Source: Phoronis australis
Taxonomy: Eukaryota; Animalia; Phoronida
Assembly (NCBI GenBank): GCA_002633005.1
Contig: NMRA01000130.1
Location: 186,001-250,000 of the forward strand
DNA length: 64,000 nt
Reading direction: 5' to 3'
Shown here piece after piece: positions 49,801 through 63,410 of the stretch. The stretch's first letter is position 1. Each line of letters starts with the position of its first letter. The notes below the pieces were generated by a model. The model saw only the letters and a program-made list of their open reading frames with translations. It was not told the origin of the DNA and did not search any database. A program made the position numbers and the translations under genes.

Positions 49801-52800
49801 GGATTGTGATTTGATATTTTGCTTGAAGTTTGTTCTTCGTAATTTGACTTTCAGTAACAAGACAATCATCCTCTGTTGTCAACGACTCATAAAGTGATAG
49901 GCTTGTGTGTTTTGTACCGTTTACTGAAGCCATTACTGCTGGATTTGGAAGTGAAGTTTGCTAAAAGTTGGAGCTGTGAAAAATTATAGAATTCAATGTG
50001 TAGTATATTAGTTTCCTAAAACAATGACAATTTTTTTCTAGCATTGATAAGTTATGTCAAAAATCGTGACAGAAGTAATGAAAAATTGTATAAGAAAACG
50101 TAAAGTCAATTGAAAATTTCTGCTCCTTTTCTAAAAATGGATGACAATTTTTAGCAGTTTTTGAAGTCGAAAATTGGTTCTAGTAATAGAAGAAACGGAT
50201 GTTCAGTCGAGACTTTGGCAGATTTTGCCATTGTTCTGTTTATTTTGAAACTACTGTACCACCATGTTCACACACTCAGCACGTCTTGCTGATGAACCAG
50301 ACATTACCTGGACTTTAGTCAAGTACCATTGTGCCATTAAGTTTGAAGGCTGTCAAATTGTTATCAATATCTATGGATAAAAACAAGTTGTCTCTTGCTT
50401 GTTTTGACACAGTTTCATTTCAACTCACACATTGACAGTTATGCAGTATTTGATTACCTGCATTGAAAGGAAAATCTTATTTTTACAGCTGAAAACAGGT
50501 TTTTAGAATTATTGTTGGACGGAATACACTTTTTGAAGTTAATAGCTTTGGTTGGAGCTATAAGTTAATGTAATCCATCGTGCTTTCATGATTTGATTGC
50601 AAATCGCCAATTCTCACTGTCGTCTGCCAGACATTTGCTGAAATCAAGGCAGTGACTTTACAAATTGAATACCCTTGGGATTCTCTGACATTTATGGACC
50701 CTCGATTTAGCTCACAGCAGAGTGTTTGGCTGTGACCCCGAAGGCTCTTGGTGCGAAAATCACTTTTCTCACCGAAAACGTCACTTAATCATTTAGATTT
50801 ACTTAGCTTGGTTTGTAGCAAGTAGCTGTCATAAAACAGTTATTTGCGGCAAGGTGGTCAGCCTTTGTAAGGGAGACAAATTTGGGCGATTATTTGTGTG
50901 CGAAACGAGTGAAGAATGATTGTTGGAATCATGATTATGTCTTGTTGTTATGATGCGAGTATTCATGTTTTACTTTCAGAATTGGCTAAGAAAAATGCCG
51001 AAGAGTTAAAGAAATGCCAAGACAGGTAATGAAAAACAATAGTGAGAGTCCTTGGATAATTTTTTCAAAGCTTGTATGACTGGCATTGAGAATATGATAT
51101 CAAAATACCATTCAGTAGCTTTCAACAGCGTTTGGCAAAAGATAGTATTGACTAAAACAGGGCATGTTATGAGTCGTTCCTTTTATTGCTCTTTTTGTTT
51201 TGAAGCTGCACCTATTTATTTTTTTACTGCCCTTCTTGTAACTAAGCTTATCATAGGTATACATTCGCTATTTTTTCAAGTTTTATCTGTCAGAATCTAA
51301 TTTTGTGATTCAGGTCAATGGATATCAGATTTCTCATGAAATAGCAATTTGATATAGTGGTGCTTGTAAACAGCTGTTCGTATTATTGAACGCAATTGGT
51401 TTTGTAATTTAGCTCACCAGCTGTGATTCAAATTGTTAACACGCCTATCCTGAAACATCGAGCCAGCTGGTATTCACTTTTTGTGATTCAGTAGAATACC
51501 CACAGCTGGCATTGTGCGCACCATGGTAATACTGGCCAATTTCATTGAAAAATATTTGCTTATTCGCCTGTTTTTCATATTTATATGTGGACGCATTATA
51601 CCGTCATCTCCGTCCGTCCGTCCGGAGTCCGTCCATCCGGCATCCGTCCATCCGGCATCTGCTGTTCTATCTCCAAAACCCTTTGACATACATTCACGAA
51701 ATTTAGCACGTGTTCCTTTCATTGATGGGACAGCATGAGCGAACGTTCGGACAGATCCGACCACCGGTGTGCCCCTAGTGGCAATTTTAGTTTTTTATGC
51801 TTAACTCTTGTCAGAATATAGACCGACACTGTTTTTAGTTGTATTGTTTTGTTTTGTTTTGTTTTGTTATTCTGTTTGATTGGCATAACCCCTGAGTTAA
51901 GTACAATGATGATGTCATTTGTTTACTGCAGTATAGTGTGGAACTTTCGAGATGACTCTAGCATGACAATGATTAACGCAGTCTGGAATATTCTAGAGAC
52001 TAGTACATGTTTGTAGAATGGTTGGGTAGATTCAGGAAAGTTCTAGAATGTACTTGAATTGATGAAAAGTTCCAGAACGATGCATTAGGCTATAAATACT
52101 CAAGCACGGGTTTGTGTTAGTCAGATCAAGTCGGGAGATCTAGTCAGCAGTTCATCATGAGATCAATTCAGTTCAAGAATGTTAATCGGGAGAACTACAG
52201 TTGAGTTGCAGTGAAGAGAATCAGCAGTTACAGCGTTAGTCAATAGAGAGCCAGCTATAGAAATAACGGATTATTGAATCGACGAGTGTAACAGTTGCTG
52301 AACGTGTCTCATACGTTTATCACAAGTCACGGCTTCGCAGCAGTAGCTGGAGCATAGAACCGACATTATGTCGGACGTTTTGTTTGAGTAGGCTTGTGAA
52401 TGTACGGTCGAGATTAATAAAGGATTAACTCGAACCAGTCTTCAGTCTATCGTCGCACCGAAAGCTATTAGCGCCGGTCTGTAACAACCTGCGCCCAACC
52501 ACACACGGGGAAAAACGTGACACCTCTATATCTTCAAAGGTCCTCAACGTATTTTCATAAAATTTGGTGTATAGGCATCTATTAGTCAGATGACACTTTC
52601 ATCCCGTTTTCAGATGGATTGGACGTAGTTTGCATCACCTAGTGGCCATTTTTACTGTTCTTGAGTCTGTTTTTTGGCGTCCACCCTCTATCAACCAAAC
52701 GGCTCTGAGGATGATTGTGAAAATTGGCATGTATGTTCTTACTATGAAAAGGACGACTGATGATAATTTTCCGATGATTTCGTCTACTGTGGCGCCTCCT

Positions 52801-55800
52801 AGTGGCAGTTTTTTTTGCGCCCATGGCTGTATCTCCTTAACTGTTTGCAGGATCTTTGCTAAATTTAGCAAATGTATTCATATTCTGTTCACAATGAATG
52901 ACAACAACTTTCGGACGGATCTGACTACCATTGTGCCCCCTAGTGGCAATTTTAGTTTTTTTGGGTTTACCTCTGTGTCTTCAAAGGGCCTCAACAGATT
53001 TTCAGAAAATTTGGAATGTATGCATCTATTGGTGAGGTGATGCTATCCTCCTGTTTTTGGATGGAATCGAGGTACTTTGCGACACCTAGTAGCCATTTTT
53101 CCTGTTTTCGAGTCTGTTTTTTGGCGTCCACCCATCGATCAACCAAACCATTCTAAGGATGATTTTGAAAATTGGCGTTTAAGTTCTCAGTGTGAAGAGG
53201 ACGGTTGATTATAACAAATTCGACTGCTGTGGCACCTCCTAGTGGTAGTTTTGTTTTGTTTTGCGCCCATAGCTGCATCTCCTTAACACACTGCATGATC
53301 TTTATAAAATTTAGTAATTGTATTTTTATGAAGCTAACACAGACGATGTCTTTCAGGCCGATCCAATGAACGATGTGCCCCATAGTGGCAATTTCATTTT
53401 TTCTGTTTTCCTTCGTTTCTCTGAAGTTCCTTGACTGATGTTTATGAAATTTGGTAAATGGCTTTCTATTAAAGAAGCGATGGCATTTTTTCATTCTCAG
53501 ATGGATTTGATGTTTTTGTGCCATCTAGTGGCTTTTTTATGAAACAAACAACCCTAGAAGCACACCGTTAGCCATGCATTCGTGGCCGCATTTCAACGCT
53601 CCGCATTGCTCTTGTTTGTAAGTTTCTAACATTGTTACATATTTTATGGTGGTAGGTATGATGCAGATTTGACAATGGAATTGTAAAGCAGCATCGCATT
53701 ACTGGTGCTATTCATTTTTATGCACCCACATATACATACGTGGGTGCGTATTGCTGTCATCTGTGACTAGACGTCTAACATCTGGTGCTCTATCTCCAAA
53801 ACCCCTTGGAGGAACTTCATGGGAGTTGAAGAATGTGATGCTATAGAGCTGACGACCAATGACGATGACTTTCGCACGGATGCGACTACCATTGTGCTCC
53901 TAATGGCAAATTTAGTGTTTTAGGCATGACTGTCTGCGGAGTTCCGTGACGGATTTTCATGAAATTTGGCAGATAGGTTTCTTGTAGTCTTTTGGCATCT
54001 GCCTCTCTATCTGCCAAAACTCTCAAAGGATCTTTATGAAAATTGGCAGACATGTTCCCACTGTGAAGAACATGGCTGACGTTGATTTTTAGACAGATTG
54101 GTCTANGTGGGTTGGGAGCGGACGGGCGAGCTAAAAAGACGCAGACGCATGCTATTGATGGTGGTAACGTTTTTTTTTTTTTTATTTTTTAGTCCTCCCG
54201 ATTTTTGTCGGGGAAAGGTTCACATTGACCATTTCAAGGCTGGTTAACGGGCATGGTTTGGGCCGTGCAAGTTTCAAAGTTTCCGCGTTTTTTGTCATTG
54301 GTCATTCCAAGCCCTGATTCTTAACCCCTGGTGGGAACTGTGTGAAATTTGAAAGTGTTTTTCTGTGAATTTGACATCAGGAGTTGATGACTTTCAGATG
54401 GGTCTGACAACCTCTGTGACCCATAGTGGGAATTTATTTCTACGTTTACCTCAGTCTCTGTATTCGAAGTTCTTTGACAGAATTTCATGAAATTTGGCAA
54501 ACAGGTTTCTATTAAGGAGACAACACCTCTAGTGACAAAGCAGCACGTTGATTTTTGAACGAGTCCGACAACCATGGCATCTCTTTGTGGCCATATTTTT
54601 GCATCTACAGCTGTATATCCTAAGACCCTTGCAGTATTTTTTTAAAATTTGACAAGAGTATTCCCATGAACCTGGCAACACATGGCTTCTTCTTTCAGAT
54701 GGATCTGACTACTGCAGGGCCTCGTTGTACCAATTTCATTTTTATATTTTCGTCTATATCTTTGAAGTTCCTGGACGGATTTTCATGAAATTTGGCATAC
54801 AGTTTCCTTTGAGCGAGACAATGAGGTCTTTTGATTTTTAGATGGGATTAATTGGTGTATTCTGCGCCACCAAGTGGCCATTTGATGAAGCATACTATTC
54901 ATGATGCAGTCGTGGGCACATTTGAATGCTTTACACGCTCTTGTTTATGTTAACATTAATTGAATAGATGTTCTTGTCCTACACCTTCTGTCCTTTATTG
55001 TCTTGGTGAGATTTTTGTCTCTACTGTCAGTTAGCCTAAGTGGAGAAACTGGTCGTACGAACTGAGTCACAAATTTAGATTCTGGCAGAATTTTGAGAAA
55101 ATTAAAAATCTTGATCTTCGCGACGAAAACATCTAGTAGGTATTCTGGAAAATACAGCATGCTCATATTGTAAGATGCATTCAAGGCCTTTTAGCGTCCC
55201 TTTCCAGGTGTGTTCATGGGAATTACAGACTGTTAATTTATCTCTAGCAACGTGTAATAACAAAGAGTTCTTCTTGACACTCCCCGCTTTCCGTTGAGTA
55301 TTGTGTAAAGACTTGATTATTGCACTTTTCATGGTGTGATGTGCTGCGGAGGTCTTGTGTGACCCTATTTCCTGGAGCACGATTCAACTGGAGCTGTTAT
55401 ATTAGCATGTCTGGATTAGTGAAGATGCATGTGAAAGGTGGCATATCAACTGATGCCCATGGGCTTCTACAAATATTCATGTGCTTCTACAAACGTGCAT
55501 AAGCTTGTGGTCTTCTACCAACATTCACCTGTAAACCTTGTGCTTCTACAAGCATTCGTGTTTAAGCCTGTGGTCTTCTTCAATCATTCGTGCATAACCC
55601 TGTGTTCTGCAATCATTCATGCATAAGCTGGTGAGCTTCAACAATCATTCATACATAAACCTGTGTTCTATAAACATTCATGCATAAACCTTGTGCTTGT
55701 ACAAATATTCATGCATAAGCCATATGCTTCTACAGGTATCCCTGCATAAGCCAGTGAGTTTGCAAAAACATTTTCATGTACAAGCCTGTGGGCTTCCACA

Positions 55801-56701
55801 AACCTTAATGCATAAGCCTGTGGTCTTCTACAAACATTCATGCTGCTCGTGGGCTTCTACAGACATTCATGCAGAAGCCCATGGGCTTCTACAAGCGTTC
55901 TGTGTTCTTCAGTGAACATTCATGCATAAAACTGTCTTCTACAAACATTTTTGCATAAGCCTGTGTTCTATAAACATTCTTGCTTAAGCCTACATTATAC
56001 AAACTTTCATTCATACATAAGCTCAAAGACTTCTACAAGCATTCATGCGTAAGCCCTTGGGCTCCTACAAACATTCATATGTCTGTGGGCTTCTGCAAAC
56101 ATAGCCTGTGGGCTCGTACAGTCATTTGCACAGACATCCATGTCCTATAATGTGAATCATGCTAGCCTGCCAGTTAGAGAAGAGGTCTGTTTTATTTAAA
56201 CTGGTCTTGGAGGAAAGTGGAGGAGTTTTACACTTGAGCATGTGGGTTTGTAAGGGGATGGGCTTGTAAGGAGATGGTCTTGTAAGGGGATGGGTTTGTA
56301 AGGAGATGGTCTTGTAAGGGGATGGGTTTGTAAGGGGATGGGCTTGTAAGGGGATGGGTTTGTAAGGGGATGGGCTTGTAAGGGGATGGCTTGTAAAGGG
56401 ATGGGCTTATAAAGGGATGGGCTTGTAAGGGATGGGCTCGTAAGAGGATGGGCTTACACCCAGATGCCCCTATAGTATTATATGGCATTTTGTTTAGCCA
56501 ATGTACACGATTTTAACCAGCTCCTGTTTCTGCCTGTATTGCAGCACTAAGGAGACGTGCGCAAAAGAGTCTAAGGAGTTGCGAATCAAGATCCTCAATA
56601 CAGTATATGAAAAGGTGAACGCCAGCGCCATCAAGATTCTAGGCGACAACGGCATCAGTTTGGAAGGCTTTGATAAAGTTGCTAAAGTTGCTCCCAAATA
56701 G
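46820..56701 (+). CDS. Uncharacterised single-pass type II membrane coiled-coil protein, 168 aa, 4 exons
   Basis: Exons 46820-47068, 49722-49776, 50980-51025, 56545-56701. All introns are GT-AG, with phases 0/1/2 matching. Kozak-like CACCATG. Hydrophobic segment ~aa 14-34, then a Lys/Glu/Gln-rich helical region; ends ...VAKVAPK*. Confidence 0.8.
51575..53617 (+). mobile_element. Helentron/DINE-like non-autonomous repeat interrupted by a solo LTR
   Basis: (CCGT)n microsatellite near the 5' end, internal repeated blocks (TGAAATTTGG, CCCTAGTGGC), and a 3' end GCATTCGTGGCCGCATTT...CTCTTGTTT. Confidence 0.55.
51809..52522 (+). mobile_element. Solo LTR, 714 bp
   Basis: TGTCA...TGACA inverted ends, flanks ACTCT/CCTCT (5-bp TSD, one mismatch), TATAAATA near 52091, AATAAA at 52416-52421. 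Confidence 0.8.
53715..54945 (+). mobile_element. Second Helentron/DINE-like repeat copy (contains single-N join at 54106)
   Basis: 5' hairpin TGCACCCAC..GTGGGTGCG, same internal blocks, same 3' end TCGTGGGCACATTT...CTCTTGTTT. Confidence 0.5.
55450..56125. repeat. Degenerate ~30-32-bp minisatellite (CATTCATGCATAAGCCTGTGGTCTTCTACAAA)
   Basis: About 20 diverged copies visible. Confidence 0.85.
56243..56456. repeat. 16-17-bp G-rich minisatellite (GGGGATGGGCTTGTAA) x~13
   Basis: Directly visible; ends ~90 bp upstream of the last exon acceptor at 56544. Confidence 0.9.
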
Positions 56702-59700
56702 ACCTGCCACCGGTTTTTCATGCCTTGTCTTCTTCTGTTCCTGTACACGTCTGGTTGATGCCAATTTCGGACAATATTAATTGTCAAAATTGATCTTTTG
56801 ATTTTACTTAAAAGACTATTAACTTTTTTGTGAATGTTCACAATTTCTCTAATTAATTTCTGATGACATCAATGTTACCGAACTTCGAAACGATAAAGCA
56901 TTTATTTTGGTGTTACTAACATGCATCTCTTGTTTTGTCCTAAATTTGTGAGATTTGACCTTGTCGACTTTCCAAAATAACTTAGTATGCAAAAGTGGCC
57001 ATGCTGCAAAATTAAGAATTTTGTGGAAAATAAATTCAGTTGAATAGAACTGTTTACACAAGCCAATGCATCACAACTTGTCTGTGGATTTTTCACGCTA
57101 CATGGAATCTTCTTCCCGAGATCTGACAACATAAGTCTCGTTACAGCAGTCACATGAATCTCAGTATATTTTGTTTTGGTAGGAGTGCATAAAAACTTTG
57201 GTAGCTTATAGTTAGAATTGTCACGCCAATCAGTAATGGAATTTGTAAACAAGATTTTATTTACTTGCATTACTTACTTGTTGGAAAGTGTTAATGCTAT
57301 TACTCAAACTGTTAAATTCTACTTTTTTGTTTGTGTTTTGGGAAAGTAAAGCTTTCCTTCAGACATGTTTTCAGCTTTGAAAATGTAAAATTTACTTTAA
57401 GTATGTCATTGATCAAATTATGCAGTGATACTTGTTTTTTCTTGATCAGGTGATGTCGGGGGGTGCACAAAAGTGATACTCTCGAATCTAGACTCTATTA
57501 GCATTAGAGTGTCGAAAACGAGGTCACTTGGCAAAAATTTTTGCCTTACTTAACTGTGATCTGACTTGTCTGCATATTTCAACATTTTTAATTGTCTTTT
57601 CTGTCATTTTCTTTAAAGTTTCTGAGACACTTATTTAATTGCTACTCAATAATATCAATTGCCTCGTGGTTCTTTTTGATAGTTTTTATGAAATTATACA
57701 AAAATAGTGTTTTGCTGAAGTGACATTGTGAGCAGTGGGCATGGACATCACAACCCACATTTATCATCGAGGTTACAACTGAATTTATGCCAGTTAAGTT
57801 TGTAAAAAATAAATTTTATGTTCAGCTGATTTAAATCCACTAGTTGACCTGATCATTGATTGACCAGTGAAGAACAAGATGTCGGATGTACGCCATATTC
57901 TAATGCTAATAAAATCTGGATACGAGACTATAAATCTGGTAGGTATATGTATCAAGGTTAAGTTCAGTTTCAATTTAGCATCTGTCATAAGAAATACTTC
58001 ATTCAAGATCCTTGTGCGATGTGGATGGTGTTTCCGTCATTTCCTTTGGACAGCGTCCCCTCTGAAACTGCCACTCCATCGCTCATTGGGACCGTGTTGT
58101 GCTCGCGCAACGTTTTGAGGTGAAAAGAATGTTTTAGGTCACGTGTACCCTCGATTAAGTTTTTTCTTGAAATATCTAAATAACTAGCGACTGTCAATTC
58201 ATGATTATAGTATATTTTCTGAAACTAGGAGTCAATCATGTCATTCACAACACTGTACAATTCTTGTAGTCACATGAGCATGCGTTTTTGGCAAAAATGT
58301 TGTTTTTTGAAAGGTACATTGTTAGGGAAAAAGCCCTTTCACCAGCATTCACCTGAATTAAAACTTTGGTAAAAATGCTCAAAAAGTGGTCGGGCATTTT
58401 TGGATAGTTAGCGCCGATGTTTTTAATTATGATATTTTTGTGAAACAGGGGCACATGTAACCTTAAAAGGGCAGTGTCATTAAGGGCAATGAGGACATTG
58501 TCATATCCTTCTTACGTCAATCTCAAGACTTGGTGAATTTTAGAGCATGGGTCATTGCTCACTTCATTGAGCATCAGAAAGTGATATCCTGTTCTGCTGT
58601 GTTTAGCTTTTCTGTATAGGATGATTGGTTTCTTCTGAATTGAATATATTATAGGGACCACTTTCCAAGTTAGGCACATTTTTAGTATGGTCACTCCGCA
58701 GACTTTAGAAACTCCATTACAGAGCTGGTCAAGCGTGTTTATATGGTCTTTACGTGGCCATGGCTGAATCTTGGTCCTTCTCTTTGTAAAGTGTGGTGCC
58801 TTGGGATTTTCACTCACCAGGCGATGGTGTTTTCATGGGTTGTGGAATTATATTTTCAATTGCTACATAGTTTAACCAGGACTTTTTAATTACATGGTGT
58901 GTGTTTAGGTGGTAATTGGTAGTCTGTTAAAGTATACACTAACTCTGATTTTGATAGTTGGCGGGGTTTTTTTTAACGTTAATCAGTCGGTCACAAGTCG
59001 GGAGGCTTCTGACCAAATGTAGAAGACAAAAAAATGGTAAAATTTCCTCCAATGTGTTCGTTCCGTCCAAATACTGTATCAAATGTAATGAAAGATTGGA
59101 AAGAGAAGTTTCTTTCAACGTTTGTTACTTAATTTGCAATACACTTGTAGTGGTAAAGCTGTTTACACGTAGTCTTTGTTGCATGGAACATTTGTTCATG
59201 TGAACGTGCTAACATGGAACATTTCCTTTAAGTATCTCGATGTGTATATTGTTTCCGCATTCAATAAGTCTGTACATACTTGCAATGTGTATTTGGGATT
59301 CTTTGTTTTCTAGCATTTGTTAATAAAGTAAATATTTTGGATGGTTATGCATCATTGGACATAGATTTTACATTACAAAAAATTTTAGTTTTCACTCCAC
59401 CTCACAACGGTTTCTAAATCGAGACTAAATTCAGGTATGTCTAGTCCTCTTAGGTTATGTAGGACCCTAAAAATGTCCCAATTTGGCCAACTTCGGAGCA
59501 TCAGAAAGGGCCAGTTGGTTTCATACGAGTTCAGGTGCTTCATACTATGTTCTCTCCAAACCTCTTGAGAATTCTTTTTAAAATGTTCCTCTTTTGTATG
59601 AGGGGCTGTCACAAAATAGGATTTCATTTATTTTCATCAACAAAATTAAAAAAGAAAACTCAATAATTTAGAAAACTAATGGCATTTTCGAGATTTCAGC

Positions 59701-62700
59701 CTTGATTTTTCCATCGATCACATTACTGATGTAGTTGTTTCGCTATGTACCCTTCCCTTTTGCTAAATTTTACTACATGCATGGTCAAGTGATCCAATTA
59801 AGGGCAGATTGATAGAAAGGTGAAAAATCAAATTCTAGAATCTTACTTTGAATGAAGAAATATTTTTAACAAGTTCAAATAGGCAGAGTTGTCAATCGGG
59901 TCTTGCATAACCTTAAAAGTTGACGTATAGGTAAGTGATTCAGGTTTAAAAAATGTGAAATATCAGTCTAACAGAGGACAGACACAACAATTATGGATTA
60001 TTTTGAAGTGTACCAACTACGTGATTTAAGATACATTTCAAATGAAATTGAGATGCCATTTAAACCATTTCCAGGACATCGATGAGAAACAACACCTAAA
60101 ACTGTGACAGGATCGCTATAACAGTTCAAACCTGATTTTCACACGAAATTAACATTGCATAAGCTTGTTGATAATGTACGGAAACTTAAGAACATTGCAC
60201 CGAGTGAGCATGACTGAAACTAACCGGTCGAGACGAACAAACTTCAAAGCCAGAAATCATTTTAAATTAGGGTAAAAAAAGATGTGCGGCCAGTAATTGG
60301 CTAAAATCAAAAGTCAATGTTTTTGACAAGTGGCGTGGGTTTATTGGCCCTTTAACAATGCAAATTACAATTTATTGTATATAGATATAATATATAGTTT
60401 TATATACTAAAATCCTTTCATGAATCCAAAACACAAACACAGTCACAAAATAGTTAAAACAGAGACAACCAGCAAAGCAAGAGCACTGATACAGCTACTG
60501 CTGCCACCTTTAGGGTCCAGCCGACACCACCACCACGTGGACCATACAAGCAAGATGCTAGTTGACTAAATAGGACACTCAACACCTCAGAGGGTGACAT
60601 GTTCCTACAACACCTTGCATTTAGCACTGTTTGAAAGTATTGGGTAGCCAATATTCTTCCCTCATGAAGTGCACTATCACTCTCACAGATGGCGCTTTTC
60701 TTACAATTGAAATTAGAAACGCTTAAACAGTCGTCTTTTCTCACAAATAAAAAGGTTAATCAACCTTGTGTGGTTTACCATTAAGTATCCTCACTGCTTT
60801 GTCATTGGGGAAATTGAGTTGTGGTTTGTGAGGAAAGAACTGGTGAGTGGAAAAGGAACCAGCTAGTGAGCGACATGATAACAAACATGACAATACTATG
60901 TGGTTCATGAGGAATGAAAACTGGATACCCACTGTATATCTGTTTAACATGCTAAAGCACTAAATAGTGCAAAATTAAAATGAATCCCTTTAAAAAGATG
61001 ATTGCAAAACCATTTCAACGAGATTCATGAGGGACCTAGTACAGGTGAATATTCAAGTCAAAACCCAATAAACTTGAGTCAACTGAAGCCTAAGTTTCAA
61101 CAACTACCTCATTCCCTGCCAACACAATACAGAGCCATCTGGTGGGGCTGCCAACAGGCACATATAGCTTTATGACCTAATAAGGTGTCATAAAAGACTA
61201 CATGAGTAACCAAACGGCCCAATTTGCTGGACTGAATTCAATGGGCTATTGTGTTGGCATTGGCAAACTCCAACTACCCGATGAGATGATCCTCATCCAA
61301 CAGTCAATTTTTACCTGACCTGGGTTCCTCACGAATAGCTCCTCTTATCAAAACGTATAACAGCATAGGCTATATCTCTCCACACGACAGATATGCAATT
61401 AAATGCACTGAACAACTCGAACAATTTGACAAGTAATAATTTTACACCGCGATAAAATGGTACCTTAAAAAATCTAATCATCAAATGCTAACATTTCGGT
61501 ATTGAATACTTTGTATTGGATCGGTTAAGCTTTTCTAAAAGTCCATTATTTTGAAAATTACAAATCACTCATTATCGAACTTCCTAGTCCTCTACAAACA
61601 TGTACAGTTTGTACCGACTGCCCACTGACAATTACTGTGACAGATACCAACATACTTCTAAACAGTATTTTAACACCTCAAAGCAGTAGCTGAACCATTA
61701 GAATTTCACAAACTGAAAAAAGCGATATAGCAATATGTTACACAGTAAAACTCAAACAAGGCGGATCTGTCTGAAGTTCCGAGTGCATGAACATACTGTG
61801 GAGCTTTGTCGAAGTTGAAACAAAAATCTATCTTATTATGCGAGTCGGTCCGACATGGCGAGCTTTACTGTACAAACAACAGACTACTAATATCAGTGAG
61901 GAACAGCATCTCATTAAACTTTACAAAAGAAACACAAACCCTGTTACCATTAACAAAATAGAAATACCAATGATAACAAAAACTGAGAATGTGCAAACAC
62001 ACAAGGCAGACATATTGGCCTCAATTGGAGAGAATTCAATAAGTCAGGAATAAAGGAAAAATTGGCCAAACAAATGTCCGGAGTGTGTTTGTACCGACTA
62101 AGTTTTCATGGACTGTAGATTTACGCAAAAGACCTGCAATAACCTGAATAAGCGAATGGCTAACAACGTCTCTGAAGGCTACTTAAACAACTTTACAGAT
62201 AAACAAACGCGGTCTGAACGAAGACATTTCTAAGCTCTTTTGAAGGATTTCACGTGGAGCAGACTGGACTAACCAAAACAAGTTTTGTAACACGAGTGCA
62301 ACATCAGGAAAAGGACTTTCTGTTGAGCATATTAAGCTTAACCTCAGCCTCTGACTAAAATATTATAGTCCTGCAAACTCCGAAGTCAACCAGTGCACTT
62401 CTTGAATTCTACAGGCTGAACGAAAATGGTAATATGATTTGGAGGGTCTAATGTCCCAAATAAATATTCACAAGTAAACAAAAACATTGATGACGAGAAA
62501 GAAAATTTACCATCATGTCTGTCATTAGCACAAAAATTAAGATTCACCATTTACATTGGTGATGATAAATGTTCACAGCAAACCTTTGCATACAAAGTCG
62601 TGGTTCGTATATAAAAATATCTATAATTACAAAATTATACGCATCAAAAATTCATTAAGTCCCGTCTCCATCGTTAAATGACTAGAAACATGATACAAAG

Positions 62701-63191
62701 ACGGGATTAGACACGACTTAGCACTTCCATGAAACTTTTACTAACAGAATATACTAGAAACAGTGGCAAAATGCTGTCATTGTTCACATTAAAAATACCA
62801 CCAATCAAAGCACTGTGTGAACGAAGCAGATGCGGCAATGTCTAATGAATGAAAACGACTGCCAATTTTTTTTTTCATTTTTCAAGAGCCTTTAATGTTA
62901 TGAATGCCACACAAAACTGTCCGATGGCAGCTAAGGTACATGACATGACAATAGTATCATGGCAACGTAATATTTTGGTGCTAGTTATGCCTTTAAAAAG
63001 ACTTACAAAATAAAATGTTGCATTCCCACCACATTGTGTCCTAACCAGACGACACATAAGTAGCACGTGAACACCAACGCGAAAGACTTGGCAACCAATA
63101 CAAATGCTGCAGTAACACAAACGCGCGACCCTTTCTACGATCTTGAAATGAGCTCAACTTGAACAGAATACATCTCTATTCACTTGATGCG

Positions 63192-63410
63192 TGGTAAAAT
63201 CTCGCAAATTTCACACAAAAAATACTTGCCAAAATTGCCCCTTTTTTACATTTTCTAGGGCTGTGAATGGCTCGAATTTTTCAAGACATTGTCTGTTGGA
63301 AGCTATGGAACAAAACCAGCAAAAGGCAAAGCATAATTTTGGTGTATCAGTTAAGAAAAAACTGAGAAAATAGAACATCTCCTGTGTCCTAAATTTGCGA
63401 GATTTTACCG
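63192..63410. mobile_element. MITE, same family as 1798-2032
   Basis: Perfect 19-bp TIR GGTAAAATCTCGCAAATTT / AAATTTGCGAGATTTTACC. Confidence 0.75.

Noticed and set aside
56228-56488. Pro/Tyr/Lys-rich repetitive ORF (SPSPYKPIPLQ..., extensin/adhesive-like)
   Set aside because: It is the translation of the G-rich minisatellite, antisense within an intron, with no splice or signal-peptide support.
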